Source: Octopus sinensis
Lineage: Eukaryota
Direction: 5' to 3'
NCBI RefSeq assembly: GCF_006345805.1
Contig: NC_043001.1
Coordinates: forward strand, 97,774,001 to 97,838,000
Length of the DNA stretch: 64,000 nucleotides
Below are positions 11,373-24,164 of this stretch, in pieces (position 1 is the stretch's first letter; each line of letters begins with the position of its first letter). A program made the position numbers and the translations under genes. Below the pieces are notes generated by a model, which searched no databases, was not told the origin of the DNA, and saw nothing but the letters and a program-made list of their open reading frames with translations.

Positions 11373-13533
11373 AATAGAATATATGCATTTAATATTTATT
11401 TTCATATGTATTATAGTGATCTTAAAATGTCGGGTCATTTCTAGCACTGTATAGCGCCATTTCATTGGAGTTTTTTTTTTATTGAATCGTCAGCACCTCG
11501 TGACTCGAGGGAAATAAATGAAGCTAAGTTACGTAGTCTACAAAGTTACACAATTCAAATACAGAGAAAATAACTTACAGTTCAAAAGGCATTCAAGGGT
11601 TGTGTTATTTTCTATCTCATCATAGATCTCACATTCAAACATACACACACAGACACATGCAAATACTTGGACACGCCTGCACATACACCCACCTATGTAT
11701 TGTTTTACAATATCTTAAACTTGTTTTTATTTCTCTTTCATTTCTATTTTCCATGTTGTTCTCTCTGATCCTCTTCACCTCTCTCCTGTCTCTCTTGGCA
11801 GTAATAATTTTCTCCTTACTTTCCAGACATCGTTTCGTGTTCTACCATACACGCTTCTGCCATATTTTTCTGCAATGAAGCGTACTGTCTATAAAGTTAC
11901 ACGCTATTTTGTTGCAGCTCACATCAAATATATAACACTTCAGTAGTATTTTGTTGTCGAGTCGTCGCAGAATATTTCATCTACAGTTGAACAAAATTCA
12001 TTCATATTTGTATTAATGATACCATAATAAATATTCCTGTAGCTTGATGTTTCATAATAACAAGTTTCCACTTTCATACTTGTAACGTTATTGCATTCGG
12101 ACGCAAAATCCAAGGAAACTAGTTTTGGTCTGTGTCGTAGAAAATTGAGTTGATCTGGTATAAAAAGAGAATATTCCACTATTTCGAGGCTAATACTATT
12201 GTTACAGAGAAAATGACAAAGGAAATAGATGAGTGAGTAGTGTGGATTACTAGATCTAGGGAGAGGGCATAAATATATCAAGGTATAATATAGATCAGGA
12301 ACGGCAGTGTGGGTTAGTGAAGTACCGGAGTGGGCTGTGAGTTTTTTTTTTTTTAGTAAAATCAAGGTTGATTTCAATTAGGTAGAATAGGTGAGGGATA
12401 AGTCAATTGGTGTACAGACGAAGAAGACCTGTGTCCGTCAGTGAACAAGGAAAAAAATTACAGCTGAATAAATCATGCCAAGTCAAAGGAAGTAAAGGTA
12501 ATTGGGTGCGAGGAAATAAGGGGTATGGCGAGAGTGAGAAGAGAAAAGAAACGTTCTTTTACATGCAGTAGTTGACAGAATACTTTTGTGTTGTTTTAAG
12601 GAAGTAAAATTGGGACAAGAAACAAAACGGCATTTTAGATTAAAAATATATGAGCCGAATTCAGTAAGAGACTTGAAGCAACATCAAATCCTATATCTTT
12701 TCTTATGCTGAGAAAATTGTGTATTTGTGTAGGGACCAGCTCTTTTAGCAGTAATATCAATAAATACAGGCGTGGACAAACACGTTGTGGCGGAAGATAA
12801 CTGGCATTATATATTTGAATAAAAGATACCAAATTAGAAAATTATTAGAGATCCGTTTATTTTTATTGCTGACCAGTCGTCATATATTTGAGGAGTTGGT
12901 AAATGGCTATTGTAATGTTCTTACATTTCTTTCGGTTATTGACTCCGTTAATGAGGTGAAAAGTATTATTCCGAATTAGACATCAGCCATGCCTCGTCTT
13001 AGCGTTTACATCTTGCGCTTACTTTATTCACTAATCTTACTATTAAATGCATTTAAAATGTCACCTATAGTTATCAAGTAGTTTACTCCACTTTCCATTA
13101 TGTTGTTTCACTATTTGTAGATAATCATTATACGTTATACAAATAATGCACAAGCATTAACGACACGAGCTCTGTTATATGTCGATGCTTTCTTCCCCAA
13201 ATCAGTCTTTTAGACACACTGAGAGCATTTCTGAAATCTTAATGATTCACGCCACAACACTAATTATGACAATCAAACATTAAAGTGGCCGAATTTGGTC
13301 TCAAACTGTGAGTATATCAACATTCGAGCTAATTGAATTAGTGGATTCTAATGCGATAAGCTAATCAAATTACTGATTTAGTAAATTGTAATTAATTTTC
13401 TCAGCGGAATGCAATGTCTTGTCATTTAAATATTATTTCTCCAGAATTCTGTGAATTTCAGTTATCACTATTATTATTTTATGACACAGTGACCCATGAA
13501 GCGCATAATCCACTTGTCAAGTATATGTATATA

Positions 13534-13585
<52 letters not shown>

Positions 13586-13605
13586 AATTAATAAATAAAA
13601 TAAAG

Positions 13606-13797
13606 TAAATTAGTAAATAAAAAAAAATTTGCATATATACATACATATATGTACGTACCTACCTCTACATGTATATATACATGCATATATGGGTACAGGG
13701 CACCAACCCATATATGCATGTATATATACATGTAGAGGTAGGTACGTACATATATGTATGTATATATGCATATGTTTTATTTTATTTACTAATTTAT
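13606..13797. repeat. Inverted duplication with perfect 63-bp arms and a 13-bp spacer
   Basis: 13631-13693 is the exact reverse complement of 13707-13769, with an imperfect extension outward. The same sequence is the 3' end of the repeat at ~57100-57200. Confidence 0.9.
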
Positions 13798-14001
13798 TAT
13801 ATGACGGAACCCACGCATCCATTTCTAAGTAAGTTTGTTGTATATATATATATATATATATATTGTTTAGCCGTTAAATAAATATTGCTTATTATTAATC
13901 TTAATCGTATACACAGACCTATTGTGTGTGAGTTTCGGTATTGTTAATAAACCCCAAAAGTGACTTAGCAATATCTACTCTACGAATATTGAAGATTTTA
14001 C

Positions 14002-14059
<58 letters not shown>

Positions 14060-14790
14060 AGACAACGAGCAAATAAGGAGATCCACAATCAGACACGGGT
14101 TTTCATTGAGACATATTGAGTTATTTAACATAACACAGAATATAAAACTGTCTAGAATTGATGCAATAATATTAAAGAAGATAAAACGAAAACATTTGCC
14201 TCGTATATTGCAAATTATATTTTGAAGTAAAACATGTTTTCAAAGGAATAAGTACCTATATCTTATAAGATCTGTATATGTCTATATGTTATCCACAACG
14301 TGTCAGCCATATTCCAAAGCATCTAAAACATAACTAAATTTGTTCATACAGACAGGATTCAAGATTAATAAATAATAGAAAATGATACACAAAATGAAGG
14401 TTTTAGTTTGAAATTTAGAGCAAATGATATAAAAATTAGTTTCACGAACTTCGAGTGGGCTGCTGTCAAAACTAGTCTAATAAGTATTCTTTCTTGCTAA
14501 TGTAACTAGCTTAAATACAAATGAAATATAAATAGCTTCAAGTGATCTCGTGTATGTCGTCTTCCTCCGAAACCATGGAAAAATTATGTTCAACCTGGAT
14601 TATCATTCTATTTCTGTCATATTTTTTTTAAAAATTGACATCTTATTAATACGTCTGAAAGGGGAAACACACACTTAGATATATTGCATATATATATATA
14701 TATATATAAACGTATGTGCATTTACTAACCTTATCCTATGTGTGTATGAGTATGAGCATTTCTTGACATATATATAGATGGATATATATA

Positions 14791-14980
14791 GGGAGAATTC
14801 ACAAAAAAAATACAAGACAAAGACAGGTGGTGGAGACAACAAACAGATGTATCAGTATAACGCTCGGGAACTGAAAAAGTCTTCAACGTTTCGAGCTTAC
14901 GCTCTTCTACAAAAAGGAACACAGAAGGTAACAAGGAGAGATAATAAAGAATGTGTAGTGGCTAGCCATCTATCATGGCG
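14791..14980 (-). mobile_element. ~200 bp non-coding element with an HHR-like fold (family H1)
   Basis: Homologous to 38560-38752 and 60465-60627. Fold at 14881-14916: CTTT-TTGTAGA-A-GAGC-GTAA-GCTC-GAAA-CG-TT-GAAG. Confidence 0.7.
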
Positions 14981-15020
<40 letters not shown>

Positions 15021-15112
15021 TTCCCTATATAATATGACAGCATCTCCTCTTTCTCTCGCTCTTCCTCACTCTCTCTCATTCTCTCCCTTCTCTCTTGCTT
15101 TATATATATATA

Positions 15113-15270
15113 TAGGCAAATGCATAGCTATGTGGTAAGAAGCTTGCTCCCCATCCACATGCTTCCGTGTACGTTCCCACTGCAGGCTGCAGTGTCTTCT
15201 ACTATATCCTCGCGCCGCCCAAAGCCTTGTCAGTGGATTTTCTAGATGGAAACTGAAAGAAGCCCGTTGC
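15113..15270 (+). mobile_element. SINE family A, 5' half, diverged
   Basis: TAGCTATGTGGTAAGAAGCTTGC ... GAAACTGAAAGAAGCCCG. Confidence 0.7.
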
Positions 15271-15271
15271 G

Positions 15272-15302
<31 letters not shown>

Positions 15303-15359
15303 CGTTTTGGGATTTGGTTTGCAAGATTCTTTATATGAGTTCCTATGTTGAAGCATATT

Positions 15360-15604
15360 CTGTTATATCTGGGGAGAGTCATTCTCTTTTAGTGCCTTAT
15401 TATTTAACACACTCACCGGTTAAATTTCCACTTAATTCTTATTTTTATTTTCTAAAATTTTCGTTGCGTCTTGCAACCTTTTCAATAGTCTTGACGCAAC
15501 GAAAATTTTAGGAAAATAAAAATAAGGAACAAGTAGACGTTTTACCGGTGAGTGTGTTAAATAATAAGGCACAAAAAGAGAATGACTCTCCCCATACACA
15601 ACAG
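15360..15604. mobile_element. Fold-back MITE-like element
   Basis: About 100 bp inverted arms (15371-15470 vs 15493-15593, GGGGAGAGTCATTCTCTTTT...GTTGCGTC) with a 22-bp spacer. The right end abuts (TA)n. Confidence 0.75.
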
Positions 15605-15663
<59 letters not shown>

Positions 15664-16299
15664 TATGAAGAGTGTACGTCGATCTTTCTTGCTGGGGAAG
15701 CAATGACCAACATTTTCTGTCACATAGATATTTAATTCAAATTGACATGTTCATATTAAATAACAATTTTTAAAGAAAAAAGAAATCGCATTTCATATTA
15801 AGGGTGTTCAGTATTTTGAACAAGTATGAAATATTATTTGAATAAACACAGAAACCTACGCGCGTTATCTTTCACTGTTTTTTCTCACGGCAGCAGGATG
15901 TCAACTTGGTTCGCTTTTCTGATATAAGTATTACATACCAACGTAAGATTATATTATATTGTAGGTATTGTGAATTGACAGAATCTTAATCTAAGCGCGT
16001 ATAAGTAATTATTAGCATCTACAACTATTCGTTATCAGCACTTACCCGAAAAAAATTGTTTTCGTGGCATTTTTATCGTAAAAAAAATAAAAATATTACA
16101 CCGGAAAAGATGCTACAGCTCGATTTTCTTTGTTGTCTACCACTGCTTATAGTCTCATGCTAATTCCGACAATACAAGTCTGAAGCCTTTGAAGCCATAT
16201 AGTTTATATTAATTTTACTGATCATTAGAAAAACGACCTTATAATATCTGTGAGACTTTAGTTTCATCTGCATAACTTCTGATCGTGGCATTCTGTGTG

Positions 16300-18500
16300 G
16301 TTGAGCCCTTATTATATCGTCGTACTTTTATATTTATGTAATCAATCATCAATGCCTCCGATTTTATATTTGCAGTGGCCTTAACGTCAGCTTGATTGCT
16401 CACTTGCAAGTGTCCTAGGGGTTTAGGGAAACCCTTTTGAATTGCTCATTTAGGCATGTCTGAGAGGGCCATTATGAACAGTAGTGGTTCAAAAACTGCG
16501 CCTTGCGGAACCGCTCAATATTTACGTGCCATTGGAGGTAGCCTCATTGTTACTGCTGCTTGATTTTTATCTTTCAGAGAGCCATGTAGTCATTTTCAAA
16601 ATTCCCCGACTATGTCGAGATCACGCAGTTTGTGATATATTATTCCATGGTCAACTTTGTCGAAAACCTTTGCAAAGTTGAGATATATCTCATTCACATT
16701 TGTGTGTTTGAACAGCTGGTTCAACACCCAGTCATAATGTTGTAAAAGCTGAGTTACGCAGCTTCATCCTAGCTGGAAACATGTTCTGTGTTAGTCAGCA
16801 AGTCATTTTCCTCAAGGAACGTGATTTGTCTTCTTCTTACTCTTTGTTCCTTGATTTCCTGATGTGCGAGGTCAGAGAGATAGCACTGTAGTTTTTGGCC
16901 TCTGCTCTGATACCTTATGAATGGGACATATTTTACTTTCTTTCAGCTTTGCTTGGAAATTTGTCAGTTGCAAGGAAACTCTGGAGGAAAGACTGCAATG
17001 GTCTTGCTAGTATTCGCTTAATGATTTTAGAAGGATTGCTAGAAATCCATCAGGGTCAATAGCTGTGTTTAGGTTCATCTCATCTATAGCCCTTATTATA
17101 TCGTCTTACTTTTATATTTTTGTAATCAATCATCAATGCCTCTGATTTTATATCTGTAGTGGCGAAAATGTCAGCTGGATTGTTCACTTGCAAGTGCCCC
17201 GGGGGCAGAGGGAAGACAGTTTTGAATTGCTCATTTAGTATTTCACTTATCCTCATTGGTTTCTTGACAGTGAACCATCTTTTTCGAGGAGTGACCCTAA
17301 TCTGCAGTGCACCGAAGCTGTTTCTTTGGAAAACTTGCAGGGGGCCCAGGGGTTAGATTGTCTATAGCCCATCCTTCTTTATCTGGTTTTTCTTTCTCAT
17401 GGCTGAGTGGAATTTTTTTCAATCTCCAGCAGTTGTATTTTCAGGCGGAATTTTTCACTACTTTCAATTTGTTTAAGCGATTAAAAATTTTCTACACCGT
17501 CTCATAGAACTTTCCTTTCCTTGAGGATTTTCTTCTTTTGTACAGCGACCTTTCTCTCTGGGACACATTTGTAGCATATGGCTTGCATTACAGACACTAA
17601 TTGTTGAAGTTTCATGTTGCAGTCCAGTAAGGAGAGACATTTTGTCCACTTTTGTTTGGGGATCTCTTTCTCCATTTGCTTCCAATTTACCTCATGCAAG
17701 TTCAAACTGGCAAGCTTTTGAGACTCTTATAGTTTGCATGTCTATGGTTTCCTTTGGTCTGTACATGTTCAGCTCTACTATATTGCGATCCGAGAGTAAC
17801 GTCGTTGTCCCTGTCACATTTTTGATAATATCCATATTATTTGTGAAACAGAGATCTGGTATATTACGTGCTCTGTTTCGTTGGAGTATTATTTGTTCCA
17901 TGTACAAAGTGTTAATGAGGTTCAGGAGGGACATCACCTTCCTTGTTTGCAACGCGCCATTCCCAAGAGAGAAAGACCCTCAGACTATTCGATACTGGGC
18001 AGATTAATGTCTCTAATATGAAGTACACTTATGTGTTGTTCTAATGTAACTAGAACGTCTTCTAATTTTGTATGACAGACTTTAAACTTCTTCACGTGAT
18101 TCAGAGCATCTGGAGGGTGATATGTAGTTCATATAACTACATAGAGCGGTCTTATATGTACATTTAGTGTGTCATACTGAATTTGAGTGTGACAAAAAAA
18201 CCCCACCATGGGTGTGATGTCTTCGTGGGTCTACATAGCAACTCTACCGTGACTCCTTTCATTTCTGTCGGTCCGTAATACAATACACTGTTGTATGTGT
18301 ATTTCTGCTTTTGGTATATCTACTTTTAGGTGCGTTTCAGCAAGTGCTATACGTAAGGTTTGATTGCATGCAACAAGGTCTCTCATGAATGGAATTTGAG
18401 TCCCGTTACTAAGAGTCAACAGACCTCAGATATTCAGTTGCAGCACCGATGTGATGGCAGTGTTGCCAACATTGGGTCCATTTTTTGTGGTTTTCTGATA
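16300..18500 (-). pseudogene. Decayed LINE ORF2 (APE endonuclease + RT), CR1/L2-like
   Basis: Endonuclease motifs ETHL..IPKAEIHI...RTDRNERSHGRVAM and NIPDLCFTNN...LSDRN. RT motifs KNY..ISLTSHI, IYLNFAKVFDKVDHG and SGVPQGAVFEPLLF. It is 3'-truncated and ends in a copy of its own 17085-17235 segment. Confidence 0.85.
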
Positions 18501-18559
18501 GTCCCATCATTGAGATTGATGTAGCTAGGTTAGTTGCTATGCACCTAAAGGATTATTGT

Positions 18560-19650
18560 AAAGATAATGAATGGTGGGGTCGTACACTGTAGTAGATTTC
18601 TGAGTTGATAATTCTGCTGTGAAGTGGATGTTGGATGGAGGTTATTTTGATCTGTAGTCCAAAGTTTAAGTAAGCATCTAATTTCCACTTGTTTATTCTG
18701 GCCACACGTTTCACTGGCGGTGTAAAGAAAGTGGGTTAACTCTAATCCATGGTAAAAAAGGGGGTTAACGCTGTCTGGATTACTCAGTTCGGTGTGAGTA
18801 AGGAATTTATGTGCCTTTTGGAATTAAAGTTGTAGGAAGTTAGAAGTAATGGAGGTGTAAAATAACGTGTAGGTGTAAAATAACGTATTATGGGGTGTGT
18901 AAAGCGGGTGAGAGTTGGGAGGTGAATGTTTGCGTTTAAATAGTTTAAGTTGCTCTCGCCTAAATAGGATTATTTAGATGAAGAACCTAGCGTATGTAGA
19001 CAAAAAACACTGTTTTCATATTTTCTATAATAACGAGGGTGTTCAGCCGTTAGAATTTCCAGGCCTTCGGTTAAACAGAGGTCGCACTCTCTATTGGTAG
19101 GATTATAAGTAGCTGTTTTTGCGAGTTTGCGCCATTCTAATCTATATTCTTTTGTTTTTTGTCCTTAAGCTCCCATATATTGCTACTAAGCCCTGTTGAC
19201 TTTGTCTTACTCCTATTTCTGAAGCTAGATTGGTGTGCGTTGTACCTAAGTATAATTTCGTTTTTCGTGGCTCCTATATAGGGTTTTATATGGCTATTTG
19301 TCTGTATGTCACATTGGAAAACTACGTTTCTAGTTTTACATCTATTAGAGAAATGGCACTTACTTCTATCCCTGCAGCCACATAATTTATTAGGTATATC
19401 TGTGTTCGTGTTGTGTTGAGGTGGGCCATTACTACTCTGGTTTTTGTCTGTGTTACTAGGAGGCACTTCGTTAGTGGTGGGATTTGTTCTATTAGTCTGT
19501 TTGTTGTTAGATTTATTGTTCCTAATTTTCCTAGCTTCATAGAATGTGTCTAGTTTTTTATTTTTAATCGAGGTTTTGATGGTACCTAGGTTAAGAGTCA
19601 GGCTGTGGTCTACTGTAATTTTATTCCTCCATCTATACATTGATGCATGC
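18560..19650 (-). mobile_element. 5'-truncated Penelope-like element (linker + GIY-YIG endonuclease + 3' UTR)
   Basis: CGCRDRSKC...C, VFQ...YIGAT, RYNAH, TGLSSNIWELKD. After a frameshift near 19140: LEWRKL...YNPTNRECDLCLTE...CLH. The 3' region has GAAACGTG...AATAAA. Confidence 0.85.
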
Positions 19651-19904
19651 TAAACACGCAGTGGTTACTATTAAATTAGATCGCGACAGGCAGAGAGGAT
19701 GTTCTTGAAGCCGAGCATTTGAACTTACGGAGACAATAATTACATATCATCTGAGGAAATACAATAAGATCTCGTAATGCTTGAAAACGGTTGCATAATC
19801 AAGTACCTGCACGACTGGAGAATTATGTTGCGTGGAGACAATTATAGTGATTAAAAAATGAATTCGAAATCCTATTCCTTCTTGTTGACTCCGTGTTTTT
19901 CAAT

Positions 19905-19936
<32 letters not shown>

Positions 19937-19943
19937 CAGAGAC

Positions 19944-19978
<35 letters not shown>

Positions 19979-20324
19979 GACAGACAGACAGACATGAGAG
20001 AAAGAGGGGTGCAGATGAAAACTAGCAAGACTTTCCTCAAGTTGAAAATGTGACAATGTTTTCGTTATCTTCATTCTAAGAATGGAAATTTGAATCTTTG
20101 TTATAAACTAAATTATTCCCAGAGGAAGAATTTAACTATTAAAAGCAGAGGAGTACATATATAGCACATATAAATATATAACTACGTCATTTCTATGCAA
20201 CAGGTGAGTAGAATTTCTTGCCGCGGGTGAGTCTTCACATCGACCTTCAAATACGAAGGAGAATTAAAGTACCTGAAAGGTTAGAATTTAATTTAAGCGA
20301 AAAGAAAATTAAAGCTACATAGAT

Positions 20325-20660
20325 GAGTAGGCGGGACTCTGGTAAAAAGCTGACTTTCCAACCACATGATTCCGGGTTCATTCCCACTGCGTGATCTCTT
20401 GATCAAGTGTCTTTTATTATAACCAGGGGCCGACCAAAGTCTTGTGGTTCACCGACAAAATAAATACTTGGGTTTAAAAAGAAAGTATTGCATCCTAGGA
20501 TGGCCCGCAGCCCGTTGACAGTAACAAGTGAAAAACAAAGGAGAAAGAATATCTTCATTTAAAATCGAAAAAACAAACCACCCGCCTAAGTAGTCCAAGG
20601 TTTTGTATACTAGCAACAGGGCATTATAAAGCCTTCTGGGTGGATTTAGTAGCCCGTCGT
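20325..20660 (+). mobile_element. SINE family A fragments
   Basis: CCAACCACATGATTCCGGGTTCATTCCCACTGCGTG ... GGCCGACCAAAGTCTTGTG, plus a second piece at ~20610-20660. Confidence 0.6.
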
Positions 20661-20679
20661 ATATCTATCTATCTATCTG

Positions 20680-20745
<66 letters not shown>

Positions 20746-20864
20746 CATCTATCTATCTATCCATCCATCCATCCATCCATCCATCCATCTCTCTATCTGT
20801 ATGTCTGTCTGTTTGTCTTTCTGTCTATATATTTGTCTTTGTGTCTATCTATGTATCTATCTAT

Positions 20865-21189
20865 TTAAAATCAAAATAAGCAACAAGATATTCAGAAGTA
20901 ATGCAGTACGATTGTTTCAAGAGGCTCCATTTAATTGAACAATGCAACCATTACATCAATTTAAATGCAGAACAATCCTTAGCTGCATAAATACATAGAA
21001 TTACATTAAATTAAAACAGATGGACACGTTAGTATAATTCTACCTAAAATGTCCAAGAAGGTAAGGAGATAGACAAAGAACATGCTGTCTTACCTTCAGG
21101 TTAGAAGCTACTTATTCAATTAAATGGAACCGCTTGAAACAATCGTACTGCAGTACCTCTGGATATCCTGTTGCGTATTTTGATTTTAA
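20865..21189. mobile_element. HHR-bearing repeat (family H2) with an inverted 3'-end duplication
   Basis: 20865-20940 and 21115-21189 are ~75 bp inverted arms. 20865-21085 is homologous to 30852-31075. GAAACAATCGTACTGCA occurs in both arms. Confidence 0.7.
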
Positions 21190-21626
21190 TCACCTTACTT
21201 TAAAACTATGCATAATACTGTACTAAATTCTGGTGTCTCAACTTATGTAAGTAAATCATCTGTATCTATCTATTTGTTTAATGATTGATAGAGAAAACAG
21301 AGTGTACTGTTTAGGTATGGTGCCTGCGTTTGTAGCTGTTCACATGTTCATTAGTGAGGCAGGACATTTGGTATATATTCAGGAAACAGTGAAAACGTAA
21401 GCTGAAACGATCATGTGGTTAGCACTGTGAAATCCCTTACGTAGACCCTGCGACTGAAATACATTACTACGGATGACGCCTAATAGTCACATGTGGGGAA
21501 CGTACTCTCAAGGCACACTACTAACAGCATGCCCCCAAAAGTTTCTAAACAACGTTTCGATATTACATTTTAACGACTCCTATCTAAATTTTAATTTTAA
21601 ACATAATCTCTCTATTTACATATCTG

Positions 21627-21722
<96 letters not shown>

Positions 21723-21744
21723 GCTAGCTAGCTAGCTAGCTAGC

Positions 21745-21885
21745 TGAATCTCCTTGCGAACTATGTTAAGGGTACACGTGTCTGTCGAATGCTTAGTCAC
21801 TTGCACGTTAATTGCACGAGCAGGCTGTTCCGTTGATCGTATCAACTGGGAGCCTCGTCGTCGTAACCGACGGAGTGCTCCTATG
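21745..21885 (+). mobile_element. SINE-like family D fragment
   Basis: CAGGCTGTTCCGTTGATCG...CCGACGGAGTGC matches the minus strand of 27675-27780. Confidence 0.55.
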
Positions 21886-22213
21886 TATGGGTATATGTTT
21901 GTATTTGTGTGTGCGCGTGTGTGCGTGTGAGTGGTGTGTGTGAGTGTGTGCGTGTGTTTCAGTATTTATCTTCCACCACCACTTTACAACCTGTGTCGGT
22001 GTGTTTTTCGTCACCGCGACTTAGCGATACGATAAATTAACTGACAGAACACTCTATAAATGCACACATCATACCAATACCGTTCTACCACACAAAGTAT
22101 CGCAATATACACATTATTACACGAGTTGTAATAAATAATATGTAGTAATATATAATACATATTTTTACACGAAATTATTACAGTGAGATATACATATTCT
22201 TATGTATCGTGCC

Positions 22214-22327
22214 ATGAAACCTGATGAAGTTTCTTCTGTACTGTAGAGTGCATTCGATTTCATTGTATAGCTCCCCACCCACAAGAGGGCAGTGTAGATG
22301 TAAGCCGAAACGATCGTCGTGCTTCAT
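22214..22327 (+). ncRNA. Degenerate type-I hammerhead motif with a long stem II/loop
   Basis: ATGAAAC-CTGATGA-(AGTTT...AAGCC)-GAAA-CGATCG-TC-GTGCTTCAT. Stem III is palindromic, the triplet is GUC and stem I is bulged. The stem II base is mismatched. A related fragment lies at ~21385-21420. Confidence 0.45.
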
Positions 22328-22439
22328 AAAGCTTACAGTACACTGTCTTCCCTATTAATTACTCAAAATACAGATAAATTGATAAAGATAGATAGAAAGA
22401 TAGGTAGATAGGGAGAGAGAAGGAGAGAAAGAAAGAGTT

Positions 22440-22535
22440 TCCGTCTAATATATCCACTCAGAATGCTCTATAGTACCCGATGCTAGAGTATAGTCCACTT
22501 GCCCAGGATGTCACAGTGGGACTGAAGCCGCAACC
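22440..22535 (-). mobile_element. SINE family A fragment (a further tail fragment lies at ~22905-23050)
   Basis: CACTTGCCCAGGATGTCACAGTGGGACTGAAGCC matches the family A head. Confidence 0.6.
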
Positions 22536-22596
22536 ACGTGGTTTTACCACACATATCCCCACTCTTTCGTTCTCTCTGTACACAGACGCGCACGTG

Positions 22597-22639
<43 letters not shown>

Positions 22640-24099
22640 GTGTGTGTGTATGTGTGTGTGTGTGTGAGTGAGTGTGTGTGTATAAGTTATACTCATATGA
22701 GTGTGTATAAGTTATATATATATGTGTGTGTATAAGATGGCTGCTGTGTGCAGATTTAGGTGTACGACTGTACATTTAGTCGCACACTCAGAATAGTTCA
22801 ATGGTTTACTGGCTCATCAAACGCAAATGGGACTATATAAAAAAGTTTAAGTAATGGTGAGAGTGATAGACAGGCAGTAAGAGAAAAAGAGTGGATGTAT
22901 ATATACTATTTTTATCAGTCATTAAATTGCGGCCATGATGGGTACCGCCTTGAATATTTAGTCGAATGAATCGTCCACAGCTCTAATTTTTGAAGCTGGA
23001 CCACTAAGTTATGAGGAAGGAAACACACCAACACCGGGTGACAAGCGCTGGTCTGGAGACAAACACATATTTATCGATATCGACATAAAGAAATGACACA
23101 ACGCTTAGACAGATTACAGAGGCTACACACATACCAGTAGACAGCCCGAGCCTCAATAGAAAACACGAATAGAGCAGTAACACACGCAACTACACCACAC
23201 CACATGAATAAAAACAATAGAGTTGAGAAGAGAGATGGGGAGAAAGCCGTAAATAATACAGAGAAACATTACAATGTAATACACAAACAACATACATGTA
23301 TGTACTTACCAATTATACTTACGAGAAAAAGAGATAGATGTATAAAAAAGTAAATAAACATATAAATAGATACATAAATAAATATATAAATATATCTGTC
23401 ACAAATCTGAGTTAAATGTGAGGCAGAGATTGATAAAATAAATAAATAAAACTATATAAGGAGCACGGATACATACGAAGCGAACCCACATATACACAGA
23501 AACATACACACATGGGATTTCAACTATCACAGACAGCAACACCGGCGATGCGTACGATGGCAATAACAACAACAACAACAACAACAACTATCACGACGGC
23601 TACACCGTGGGCGAAAACACAAGCACAGAGGAATATAGGAATTGTACCATCATTGTGTTTTGGGTCTTAGGACAGCAGGAAGTAAATGAGGTGAAAGGCT
23701 GGGGCTGAGGCAAAGGACACACTGCTGCTAAGAACTATGAAACACACACGCACAAGCATACATACATACACACACACGCACACACACAATCAAGGACACA
23801 AACGCATGGGCATACAGGAATACACATATTAGGAGAACAGAATGGAGTAAGTGGAGCAAGAACACACACGAAACCGGAAATTGTCGCTGAAGTGGTCACA
23901 GGTGTGTGACGAAAGAGTTCCGGACATGAGTTAAAATAATAAAACAAGAACAGTAATGAACGAGTGAAGGTAATATATATATATATTACCTTCAGAAAGT
24001 GTGTCTATAGCCAGCTGGAGGAGGTATCCTCCTGGGGCTACAAACTATAGTAGCATCCACCATTAGGGGTTAGCCAAATTTATATGGCAAATATACGTC

Positions 24100-24149
<50 letters not shown>

Positions 24150-24164
24150 CATATATGTATATAT

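Noticed and set aside
19745-19800. CTGAGGA...GAAA near the start of the PLE fragment
   Set aside because: The stems are not convincing; it may be a fossil but cannot be supported.
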